From IMG/VR virus record IMGVR_UViG_3300026123_000009, positions 1 to 40,822 of that record: DNA of 40,822 nt; one strand, written 5' to 3'. The DNA comes from a virus (Duplodnaviria > Caudoviricetes). This document shows, piece after piece, positions 9,861 through 18,176 of this stretch. A program made the position numbers and the translations under genes. A model generated the notes under the pieces. It saw only the letters and a program-made list of their open reading frames with translations, made no database searches and was not told where the DNA came from. How positions within the stretch are numbered: position 1 is the first letter of the stretch; the number at the start of each line of letters is the position of its first letter.

Positions 9861-11357
9861 TTAATATCCTTCTTCGTCTTTATTGTAGAACTTGGAGTAT
9901 AATTCGTCTGACTCTTCTTCTTTAATTTTCTTAAATTCTTCTTCGATTTCTTCATCGCTGAATCTAAATACATCTTTAAGAATCGTGTTGACAGAGAATA
10001 ACTTACCTTGATATTCTTGTGCAGTTGAATAGATGTCCAACTTACCCATAAAGTTATCAAGTTTCATTTTTTCGATGAATTTATTTTCATTCGTAAACAT
10101 GATGCTAACTGATTTCTCTTTATCATCCCATTCAGATTCTTTCATGATGCCAGTACTAACAACTTCACGTTTAAGAATCTCTTTAAACAACGAAGAATAA
10201 ACCTGACGAATACGTGAGATGAACATAAAGAACTTCATATCTTCTCTTGTAACACGTGTTGATTCATAATCGAATTCATTATCACCATCTGGATTAATGC
10301 TAATACGATTCGCTGGAATCTTCATTGCTTTATAAAGTTTGCGTGCAAAATAAAGAATATCGTCTAATTCGCCAAGATTACCAGATTCATCTAGAACATC
10401 AACAGTTGTACCTTTACCACCGGCACGATTAGCGAACCAATAATCTTCAACCATTGACGTAATATGCTGCTGATTAGAAACTTCACCAGTATCGTTATTA
10501 TAGAATTTCTTATATTTGAATTTATTCTGATGCTCTCTCATAACTTCAGCACCACGTTTTGCTGGTAAATCACCAATGTCAACGTTAAATACACGTCTAG
10601 AAATTGAACGACTAAATCGCATTGGAATCAAAAGATCTTCAAGTGTTTTAAGAATATTTGCAGGTTTAATCGCGTATTCCAAGTAACTAAGATTAACGGG
10701 GCCATCATATAGACCAAAATCTTCTCTTACGATTTCTTCAACGCTATATTCTTGATTTGAATCTTTAACAGTTGCGAGGCCACGATCTTCGGCCATGTAC
10801 TTATACGTTTTGCTCTTACCATCAAAATAAAGCATCGATGGTTCAACCATTTTAATCGATTTGATGCCGCCCTTTGTATTTTTCTTGTCGTAAGAACAAT
10901 GCATGATGATCTGGCCATCAACATATGCACGCTTTACGATTTGGAAAAGATTTCTTCTGACGTTAACCAAATCCATCACTTTTTCGAATTTTTCGTTAAT
11001 CGCATCTACCAATTTCTGGTTTTCTTCGTCGATAGTAATGTAAAGAGGAATTTGATCATCATAACTAAAGATAATTTCGTTAACGATTTCGTCGATAGCC
11101 TCAGCCACTTCCGTTGTCATAGACAGCTGTCTGTACTTCATAATTTTTTCTTTCTGTTTAAAAATTACGTCAGTAGCATGACTTTTGCTAAACAACCCAT
11201 TATTGTTTTGTTCATCATCAAAAAACGATCCCGTTGGATACATATCATTTGAAGATAAATCAACCAATACATTATCCTTCTTTACTTCAGAGCTTTCACC
11301 GTCCTTCTTCATTTCTGGTTGCTTTAAGAAGTTTTTAACTATTTCATTTAAAATCAT
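9861..11357 (-). CDS. gp20: Portal vertex protein, T4 gp20-like
   Basis: EV..AIDEIVNE, YVDG, SYL..AIKPAN.L..LED, RRVF.VD.G.LP, SM.EDYW...R.GGKGT, G.NLGE..DI.YF. Confidence 0.96.
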   Translation of the reverse strand: MILNEIVKNFLKQPEMKKDGESSEVKKDNVLVDLSSNDMYPTGSFFDDEQNNNGLFSKSHATDVIFKQKEKIMKYRQLSMTTEVAEAIDEIVNEIIFSYDDQIPLYITIDEENQKLVDAINEKFEKVMDLVNVRRNLFQIVKRAYVDGQIIMHCSYDKKNTKGGIKSIKMVEPSMLYFDGKSKTYKYMAEDRGLATVKDSNQEYSVEEIVREDFGLYDGPVNLSYLEYAIKPANILKTLEDLLIPMRFSRSISRRVFNVDIGDLPAKRGAEVMREHQNKFKYKKFYNNDTGEVSNQQHITSMVEDYWFANRAGGKGTTVDVLDESGNLGELDDILYFARKLYKAMKIPANRISINPDGDNEFDYESTRVTREDMKFFMFISRIRQVYSSLFKEILKREVVSTGIMKESEWDDKEKSVSIMFTNENKFIEKMKLDNFMGKLDIYSTAQEYQGKLFSVNTILKDVFRFSDEEIEEEFKKIKEEESDELYSKFYNKDEEGY

Positions 11358-11384
11358 GTTAATTGTACCTTTATGTTTTTAGAT

Positions 11385-11396
11385 TATTTATAAATA
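11385..11396. promoter_or_regulatory. Overlapping divergent late promoters (TATTTATAAATA)
   Basis: TATAAATA on + (11389-11396) and - (11385-11392) between divergent portal and gp14 genes. Confidence 0.85.
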
Positions 11397-11414
11397 TAAT
11401 CAAAAGAGGTTTTT

Positions 11415-12116
11415 ATGAATTTCAACTTTACAGGACAGCCCGAATACCAGTTAAATACTAGTTTAGCTGAAGAGCTCATAAATCTGTATGGAGTGTTAAC
11501 TAAATTTTTATTGACTGAAAAAATCAACAGAGACGATGTCGTTTTCGGTGATTACAGCCACATGAAGTCAGACAACTCCAAAATATATGATATTTATATG
11601 TTGCCCGAAACAACCGAAGATTGGGATAATGAAACGAATTTTTCTCAATTTGGTTTAGTAAATTTTGAAACAATTAACCTATTTGTTGCTAAAAGTTCGT
11701 TTGATCCTATACCAGACATTGTTGATGACGAAGGTTTTGACCCAGTTGGTTGTCTAGTTATTTTGCCAAACAATAAAATAATGGAAATTACTGATCAAAG
11801 TATAACTGTTCCAGGTGTTAATAATTTATTTACACATAATGATGCTAAGTCAGTTTATAAACTAACATGTAAACCATACGATGTTTCTCTGATTAATGAA
11901 CTAGATAATGTCGATATCTCAGTTGATCCAGTTACTCCATATGAAACATTAGATACGTATTTCCAAGAGTTAATTGACGAAAGAACAGAACAAGACGTCG
12001 AAGCGGAAGTTACACCATCAGTCGTAACGGTTAATAAAACAGGCGGATTATCAGATGAAAAAGTGGTTAGGCCTATCGTCGATAAAACTGAAGATGATGT
12101 TTTTGGTGAATTCTAA
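11415..12116 (+). CDS. gp14: Neck / head-closure protein, T4 gp14-like
   Basis: L..E.I.LYG....L.....D.VFG, FSQFGL, P.G.LV.LP...MEI, YKLTC..Y pattern. Confidence 0.85.
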   Translation: MNFNFTGQPEYQLNTSLAEELINLYGVLTKFLLTEKINRDDVVFGDYSHMKSDNSKIYDIYMLPETTEDWDNETNFSQFGLVNFETINLFVAKSSFDPIPDIVDDEGFDPVGCLVILPNNKIMEITDQSITVPGVNNLFTHNDAKSVYKLTCKPYDVSLINELDNVDISVDPVTPYETLDTYFQELIDERTEQDVEAEVTPSVVTVNKTGGLSDEKVVRPIVDKTEDDVFGEF

Positions 12117-12254
12117 TATAAAAATGTACAAATCAATAATTCAGAAAATCTAATATCATCTAAATATAAAACTCATTTGGTTATTTTACCACATGCATCA
12201 CGAATGTTTGAGTCATTTAAATGGTATATTAAAAAAATTGAAATTGCAAAAATT

Positions 12255-12722
12255 TTATTTTAATTGATCTTCTGTTAAAACGATGAACTTCATTTTGTTC
12301 AGTTTAGCGAATTCTTTTGCAGCGTTCCATTTAGCTTGATTTACGTAGTATGTTTGTATTGCTTTTTGGTAATTTAATTGAGCCTTCTGAGTATTCTTGG
12401 AAGGCTTTTTCGGTGGAATAGTTTCACCTTTTGACTTTATTTCTACTAAAAATTTTTCACCTGTACTAAATTCTAAAAATAAGTCAATATAATATCTATG
12501 AACCTTTCCATCTGTAGGCTTTGTGTATTTAATATTGAATGGCTCTAATGACCATTTTGTGATGTGTTTGTTGTAGTCAGCATAACGTATCGCTTTTAAT
12601 TCTAGCGAACTTTTATAGTTAACCCTGCCGTCTTTAAATGACTGCATGTGCTCATCGATTGGTTTAATGAATTTGTTCGGGTTGAGTAATTCGTACCAAC
12701 CTTGCTTAACATTCTTGTACAT
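12255..12722 (-). CDS. gp4: Head completion nuclease, T4 gp4-like (TnsA-N fold)
   Basis: YKSSLE, W..E...I.Y....DGKVHRYY.D, LVEIK, N.AKW.AA, F..LTE..L. Confidence 0.92.
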   Translation of the reverse strand: MYKNVKQGWYELLNPNKFIKPIDEHMQSFKDGRVNYKSSLELKAIRYADYNKHITKWSLEPFNIKYTKPTDGKVHRYYIDLFLEFSTGEKFLVEIKSKGETIPPKKPSKNTQKAQLNYQKAIQTYYVNQAKWNAAKEFAKLNKMKFIVLTEDQLK

Positions 12723-12734
12723 GTATTTATTTAT

Positions 12735-12742
12735 TATAAATA
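12735..12742 (+). promoter_or_regulatory. T4 late promoter TATAAATA
   Basis: Exact consensus about 25 bp upstream of ATG 12768. Confidence 0.8.
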
Positions 12743-12767
12743 TAATAAAATTTCAAGAGAGAAACGT

Positions 12768-14189
12768 ATGGCTTTTACAGGTATATTATTTAGAAGAGGA
12801 CTTAAAACCTCGCTAACGTCAAATCCGCCACGTCAAGGCGAAATTGTTTTTGCGACAGATACATACGAATTGGGTATGTTGTTGCAAGACGGTACGTTAA
12901 GTTGGAAAAAATTTAATCAATTGACGTCTGCAGATTTATTAAAGCTAGACGGAATTGAGCAAGGAGCCAATAACTATGTTTTGCCTTCGGCTACTCAAAC
13001 TGTCCTAGGTGGTATTACTGCTGGTGATTCTGTTATCATCGACGCTAACGGAAAGTTAGAAGTTAAAAATAACTCACATCAACATTCGATATCCAACATC
13101 ACTAATCTTCAAACTGCATTAGATTCTAAACAAAATATATTAGAATCTGGTGTAGGAATTAAAACGATAAACGGTGAATCCATATTAGGATCCGGCGATA
13201 TTAGTACTGTTCCAGAAGAAACAATAACCTCTCTTGACTTCGATAATGGTACATTGACTTACACCGATGAAAACGGTGACGAAACAGTTATAAATGTTCT
13301 TTCGACTGCAGTAACATCACTTAATGGCGAGACTGGCGATATAACATTAAGTCCTAAAGATGTACTACCTACATTAGAACAAAATAAAATTCTTACGAAT
13401 GACGGCGAAAATGTCGTTTGGACAAGCCTGTCCGATGCTAAGTTATTGATGTACGGCAGAACAAATTCACAGTTTTTTACCCCAACGTCTACAACGAATA
13501 CTATTAATATAGAGTATTCGCCGAATGAAGTTCACGTTTATCTAAATGGTATAAAACTTTTAAAAGATACTGACTTTACTGCTAATGATGGTCAAACAAT
13601 TATTCTTGCCGAAAATATCGGTCAAAACGATAATGTTGAAATTCAAGAAGTTATTATTGATGAAGCGACACCAGTTTATACAACTGACGAAATCGATACA
13701 ATAACTTCGTCATTAATTGAGCACAAAAAAGGTTATTTGTCGCTAGACACTGAAATCATCGATGAATTTGATATTACGGAGTTCATGTCAGGCGAATATA
13801 ATATTTTAGTTTCTGGATACGAAGGTATTAATAATCTAAAAGTCATGATTATGCATGATAATTTTAATGCGTATTCAGATGTTATTTCAAATATGGGTAC
13901 GTCACTCGGCACATTTGACTATCAGATAAACGACGGTAAATTCCAAGTTCTATTTACTCCAGATTATGAAAGTACACAAGTTCAGTTCTTTAGAAAATTA
14001 CTTACAAATGCTGGCAAATATGATGTTAAACTTCCAGAAGATCTAATGACTGGTTCAGGCGTAATTGATCTTATGAATGATGACGAAATCATCGACTTAG
14101 ACTTTACGTTCATTATTGGTGATTTGTCAACTGGCAACGATGTGATTGATTTACAAGATGGTCTTCTTGGAACAATTGATTTAGACTAA
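12768..14189 (+). CDS. Tail fibre-like structural protein (473 aa) with Mtd-N-like N-terminus
   Basis: MAFTGILFRRG...GEIVFATDT; KLDGIEQGANNY; KQ..L.SG..IKTING.SILGSGD; VYLNGIKL module. Start moved from TTG 12702 to ATG 12768, downstream of the late promoter. Confidence 0.8.
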   Translation: MAFTGILFRRGLKTSLTSNPPRQGEIVFATDTYELGMLLQDGTLSWKKFNQLTSADLLKLDGIEQGANNYVLPSATQTVLGGITAGDSVIIDANGKLEVKNNSHQHSISNITNLQTALDSKQNILESGVGIKTINGESILGSGDISTVPEETITSLDFDNGTLTYTDENGDETVINVLSTAVTSLNGETGDITLSPKDVLPTLEQNKILTNDGENVVWTSLSDAKLLMYGRTNSQFFTPTSTTNTINIEYSPNEVHVYLNGIKLLKDTDFTANDGQTIILAENIGQNDNVEIQEVIIDEATPVYTTDEIDTITSSLIEHKKGYLSLDTEIIDEFDITEFMSGEYNILVSGYEGINNLKVMIMHDNFNAYSDVISNMGTSLGTFDYQINDGKFQVLFTPDYESTQVQFFRKLLTNAGKYDVKLPEDLMTGSGVIDLMNDDEIIDLDFTFIIGDLSTGNDVIDLQDGLLGTIDLD

Positions 14190-14195
14190 ACAGAA

Positions 14196-14203
14196 TATAA
14201 ATA
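14196..14203 (+). promoter_or_regulatory. T4 late promoter TATAAATA
   Basis: Exact consensus, intergenic. Confidence 0.8.
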
Positions 14204-14228
14204 AAGATAAAATATAGAGGAAAATTAA

Positions 14229-15227
14229 ATGGCAACTACATTACAATTCAGAAGAGGTACGACGGCCGAAGCTGATTCTACGACAGGTTCAGTAGCTGAA
14301 CTTTTTGTAGATACTGAAAATAGTCGCTTAAGATTACATGATGGTGTGAGTGCCGGTGGTACAGAAATTCCCAACATGAACGATCTTAATACTAAACAGG
14401 ATGCGTTAGTTTCTGGAACAAACATTAAAACAATTAACGGCGGGTCTATCTTGGCTGCTGGTGATTTAACTTTGGTTGAAGCTGAAACAGTTACATCTAT
14501 TTCATATGCCAACAATACACTAACGTTTATCGATGAAGAAGGTACCTCAACAGATATTGATTTGAGTTCACTAATTGACGATACGAACTTAGCCAGAATC
14601 GAAAGCGCATCATTAAGCTCAACACTTGTAACTTTCACGAGAGACGATGCTTCAACATTTAGCCTTGACTTGGCTGATTTAATATCTGGTAAAGTTGATG
14701 CAATTACAAGTACAGCGAATGCAGTGCCTTTCTTCACTGATACGACTGGACAGCTTTCAGATTCAAGCATTACTACGACTGACGGTACTGATTTATCATT
14801 AGCTTCTATCAATGCTACTGACACTGCAACAGTTGAAAATGATTTGACGATCACAAGTGGCAATCTTATCGTTAATGCCGGTGTAGTTCAAACACCAGGA
14901 ATTGATGTTGGTTCAGTAGAAGAGCGCGTTAATACGAATAGTGTTTCTGTTACTGATGAAACTGTTATTGATTCATATGCTTCAACCGATTACAATTCAG
15001 GTAAAGTTATTATTCGTGCTAAAAATGAATCAACTTCTGAAATTCAAATCACTGAGCATTTGATTGTTGAAGGTTCAATTCTTGAAACTAGCGTACTATT
15101 TAGTGGTGCATCAAGATTTGCAACTTACGGTATCATCGATAATGCTGGAACTTTAGAAATTACTACTACGCAAACAGTTGCTCAGACAGTTACATACGTA
15201 ATTGATAGACGCATGTTTGTTGCATGA
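14229..15227 (+). CDS. Tail fibre-like structural protein (332 aa) with Mtd-N-like N-terminus
   Basis: LQFRRGTTAE...G...EL.VDT....RLHDG..AGG; KQDALVSGTNIKTING; DLS...DDTNLA module shared with ORF 18177. Confidence 0.82.
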   Translation: MATTLQFRRGTTAEADSTTGSVAELFVDTENSRLRLHDGVSAGGTEIPNMNDLNTKQDALVSGTNIKTINGGSILAAGDLTLVEAETVTSISYANNTLTFIDEEGTSTDIDLSSLIDDTNLARIESASLSSTLVTFTRDDASTFSLDLADLISGKVDAITSTANAVPFFTDTTGQLSDSSITTTDGTDLSLASINATDTATVENDLTITSGNLIVNAGVVQTPGIDVGSVEERVNTNSVSVTDETVIDSYASTDYNSGKVIIRAKNESTSEIQITEHLIVEGSILETSVLFSGASRFATYGIIDNAGTLEITTTQTVAQTVTYVIDRRMFVA

Positions 15228-15236
15228 GGATAAGAT

Positions 15237-15776
15237 ATGGCTAACATAGATGGCGCTAAAGATCTAGGCGGAAGCGGTATTTATAATAGGGAGGAAATAG
15301 ATAATTTAATCCTCCTTCGTGAAGCCGATACTTATACTCGTACACTAATTGACCAGAAACTGTCGCAGAAAGCAGATGTAACTGACGTTTATACTAAACA
15401 AGAAGTTGACATAGAAATTGAATTGGCTAAACAAGAAGTTGATGCGACGGCTGCTCAACTAGTATCAAACACAAGCACTTTTCTAAGTACATCAATTCAG
15501 AATTTGCAGAATATTATTAATGCGCAGTTTAATAATTATTATAATAGAGGTGATGTTGATACATTAATTTCGGATGCAATTACGAGTGCATCTAATAACT
15601 CTTCTGCGCAAATAACAAGCGCGTTGAATAATTATTACACAAAAACAGAGACAGATTCCGTGGTAAATGGAATATATGGTGCTATTGATAGTAAAACAAC
15701 TGAATCGGAAGTACTGACATTGTTACAGACAAGGATTACTGTTGAAGGCACTACACTAGTAATTAATACTAACTAG
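15237..15776 (+). CDS. Fibre shaft-like protein with Y(T/N)(K/R)xE(I/V/T)D repeats
   Basis: YNREEID, YTRTLID, YTKQEVD, YNRGDVD, YTKTETD. Confidence 0.75.
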   Translation: MANIDGAKDLGGSGIYNREEIDNLILLREADTYTRTLIDQKLSQKADVTDVYTKQEVDIEIELAKQEVDATAAQLVSNTSTFLSTSIQNLQNIINAQFNNYYNRGDVDTLISDAITSASNNSSAQITSALNNYYTKTETDSVVNGIYGAIDSKTTESEVLTLLQTRITVEGTTLVINTN

Positions 15777-15787
15777 AAGGACAAAAC

Positions 15788-16357
15788 ATGCCTAATGTTG
15801 ATTTAAGCCAAATCACGGAAATACATAAAGATAACTTAAGCGATTTCCAAGATATTCTATCATTGGAATTAAATGGCGTAGAAATCTGGGGTAAAACATA
15901 TGCAAATAACTTTCAGCAAACAGTTATTGGTGAATGTATAGAATGCACATTTGTTCCAAGTTGCACAGTTTGCAATCCTTATAACTGTTATGTTGTTCAT
16001 TGTGGATGGTGGTTTTTGGCAGCCGCTGGTTCTACTACTAGTTACGGATCGCCTTGCTGCGGGTGCAAAGCTTTATATGACAATGGATCGTGGTATCAGG
16101 CGCCCGCTGATTTCCCAATGTGTGATACTTGGGGTTGTACTTGGTCATATATCGGTAATGATCCGCGTTTTAATAATGATAATATCTGGAGATTAGATCA
16201 ATACTGTGTTCAGTGTTGTGAATTTTGCTGCCCTTCTTTCTACGATTGTCAATATGTTGCTGAGTGTGAATTAAGAAATTATCCATTCTGGTCATATAGA
16301 TGGCCTGGGCAATCCGGTACACCTGCACCATCATGTAGCTGTTATACAGATTTATAA
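15788..16357 (+). CDS. Cys/Trp/Tyr-rich putative tail-tip protein (189 aa)
   Basis: About 20 Cys, 9 Trp, 13 Tyr by hand count; Cys-free N-terminal segment ending LNGVEIW; AAGGA SD. Confidence 0.75.
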   Translation: MPNVDLSQITEIHKDNLSDFQDILSLELNGVEIWGKTYANNFQQTVIGECIECTFVPSCTVCNPYNCYVVHCGWWFLAAAGSTTSYGSPCCGCKALYDNGSWYQAPADFPMCDTWGCTWSYIGNDPRFNNDNIWRLDQYCVQCCEFCCPSFYDCQYVAECELRNYPFWSYRWPGQSGTPAPSCSCYTDL

Positions 16358-16368
16358 AGGAATGAAAA

Positions 16369-16749
16369 ATGATTGAACAATTAATTGTTAGAGGAAACGT
16401 CATAGAAGCTTATGACGAAAATATGAAAAAACTAATATCTGCTAAGAGACCAGTCTTTAGTTTTACATATCATGATTTAGTCTTTACGCCTGATTCTAAA
16501 TATATTAAATTAGACAATATTAGAATAGAATTAGATGACGAACAAATAGATGAAGTCCAAACTTACATAAACGAAAATGTCGTTGAAAATGTTGAACTTG
16601 GTCTAACTATTCAACAAAACATGATTCATCACCAATATCTTGCGTCAACTGATTGGTATGTGATTCGCCAAATGGAAACAGGTGAACCAATCCCGCAAGA
16701 AGTTTTAGAAAATAGAGCAATTGCGAGAGCTGCCATAGATGTCATATAA
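16369..16749 (+). CDS. Tail-fibre assembly chaperone-like protein
   Basis: C-terminal YLASTDWYVIR..ETG..IP......R..AR motif typical of small fibre-assembly proteins. Confidence 0.72.
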   Translation: MIEQLIVRGNVIEAYDENMKKLISAKRPVFSFTYHDLVFTPDSKYIKLDNIRIELDDEQIDEVQTYINENVVENVELGLTIQQNMIHHQYLASTDWYVIRQMETGEPIPQEVLENRAIARAAIDVI

Positions 16750-18124
16750 TATTGTTATCGTTGGTGGTGGCTCGGCAGGCTGGAGTGCCGCGCTAGGCCT
16801 TTCACATTTAAGAGATTCATCTATTACTGTCATTGAGCCTGAAGTTAATAATGCTATTGGTGTTGGTGAAAGTACTCTTCCTCTTATAAATGCGTTTCAT
16901 AACATATATGGGATCAATAAAAAGGATTTCTTTAATGCCGTTAATGCTACTATAAAATTAACAATAGAATTTTCTGATTTTGCTCGTAAAGATCATATTT
17001 GGACACATCCATTTATTTCTGGTACAGGCATTGAAGAACACGCAATAAATGAAATTATTTCTGATGGCTTAACTGATACACAATACAATGTATTTAGCGA
17101 TAAACTTCCATTAGCTAAGAAAAGAACTGAAGGATTTAATGATTTTGATTTAATGACATCAGATGCATTGTATCAAACGCCGGGTTATCATATCGATAGT
17201 ATAAAGTATGGTGATTTCTTAAAAAACGAAACTTTGAAAAAAGATAACGTAAAACTGTTTACAAGTGCAGTGCAGGATGTTATAATAGAAAATGACGTTA
17301 TTGAAAAACTTGTCTTGGAAGATGGCCGCGAAATTGTGGCTGACTTGTTTATCGATTGTACAGGGTTTAAAAAGCTACTCATTAGTAAAACTTCAGCATC
17401 TTGGCAAAGTGTTTCAGATAGATTGTACTGTGATAGTTCTGTTGCTGTGCAACTTCCATATTTAGATGTTGAGACACAGAAAGTTAATACGACGAGATGC
17501 TTTGCTTTGTCTTCTGGGTGGGTATGGACGGTTCCTCTTCAAGATAGAATAGGCACTGGTTATGTATTCAGCAAAAGACATCAATCTTATGAAGATTCTT
17601 TATCAGAATTTAAAGAATATTTAGCTAATCTTGGTTATAATACATCTGAACTAACATTTAGAGAAGTTCCGTTCGATGCTGGATCATGGGATGAAACTTG
17701 GAAAGGAAACGTTATTCCTATTGGTTTAAGTTCAGCGTTCGTTGAGCCGTTAGAAAGTACAGGAATTGCATTATTCCAGAAGCAAGTTATCGATTTAGTT
17801 GAAGTTTTAGGAACATTCGGTATTGATTATCCTTACAGTAAAAAAATCTTTAATAATCAATGTAAAGAAGCCGTTCAAGACGTTATTGATTTTGTACAAA
17901 TGCATTATTCGTTAGCAGAACGTGCTGATACGCCGTTTTGGGCCGATTGTAAAGACATGCAGTTTACGCCGTTTCAAAAACATATGTTTAAATCATGGAT
18001 TGACTCTAAAGAAGAATTTAATAACGCTACAATTATTAAAGGATTAAAACGTCAAACATTATTTGATTATACGTCATTTGCTTCAATGTTCTTAGGTTAT
18101 GGAGTTCAACCAAACGTAATCTAA
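16739..18124 (+). CDS. Flavin-dependent (tryptophan-type, PrnA-like) halogenase
   Basis: GGGSAG, IGVGEST, catalytic Lys in ATIKLTIEF, ADLFIDCTGF, GWVWTVP, FVEPLESTG. Confidence 0.92.
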   Translation: MSYNIVIVGGGSAGWSAALGLSHLRDSSITVIEPEVNNAIGVGESTLPLINAFHNIYGINKKDFFNAVNATIKLTIEFSDFARKDHIWTHPFISGTGIEEHAINEIISDGLTDTQYNVFSDKLPLAKKRTEGFNDFDLMTSDALYQTPGYHIDSIKYGDFLKNETLKKDNVKLFTSAVQDVIIENDVIEKLVLEDGREIVADLFIDCTGFKKLLISKTSASWQSVSDRLYCDSSVAVQLPYLDVETQKVNTTRCFALSSGWVWTVPLQDRIGTGYVFSKRHQSYEDSLSEFKEYLANLGYNTSELTFREVPFDAGSWDETWKGNVIPIGLSSAFVEPLESTGIALFQKQVIDLVEVLGTFGIDYPYSKKIFNNQCKEAVQDVIDFVQMHYSLAERADTPFWADCKDMQFTPFQKHMFKSWIDSKEEFNNATIIKGLKRQTLFDYTSFASMFLGYGVQPNVI

Positions 18125-18143
18125 AATCCAGTCATCTATTTGT

Positions 18144-18151
18144 TATAAATA
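18144..18151 (+). promoter_or_regulatory. T4 late promoter TATAAATA
   Basis: Exact consensus, intergenic. Confidence 0.8.
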
Positions 18152-18176
18152 TAATAAAAATTTAGAGGAAAAATAG

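Noticed and set aside
9860-10060. Upstream part of the 125-aa track ORF
   Set aside because: Out-of-frame overlap with the portal gene; the real gene starts at 9859
12117-12263. 48 open codons in frame after the gp14 stop (possible read-through or gene remnant)
   Set aside because: TAA stop, no usable start or SD, and gp14 already ends with a typical acidic FGEF tail; plausible by chance
12255-12722. TnsA-like nuclease as evidence of a Tn7 element
   Set aside because: Matches T4 gp4 in size and motifs; no other tns genes or transposon ends
12702-12767. TTG-start N-terminal extension of the 495-aa track ORF
   Set aside because: Overlaps gp4 and spans the late promoter; ATG 12768 aligns with paralogous starts
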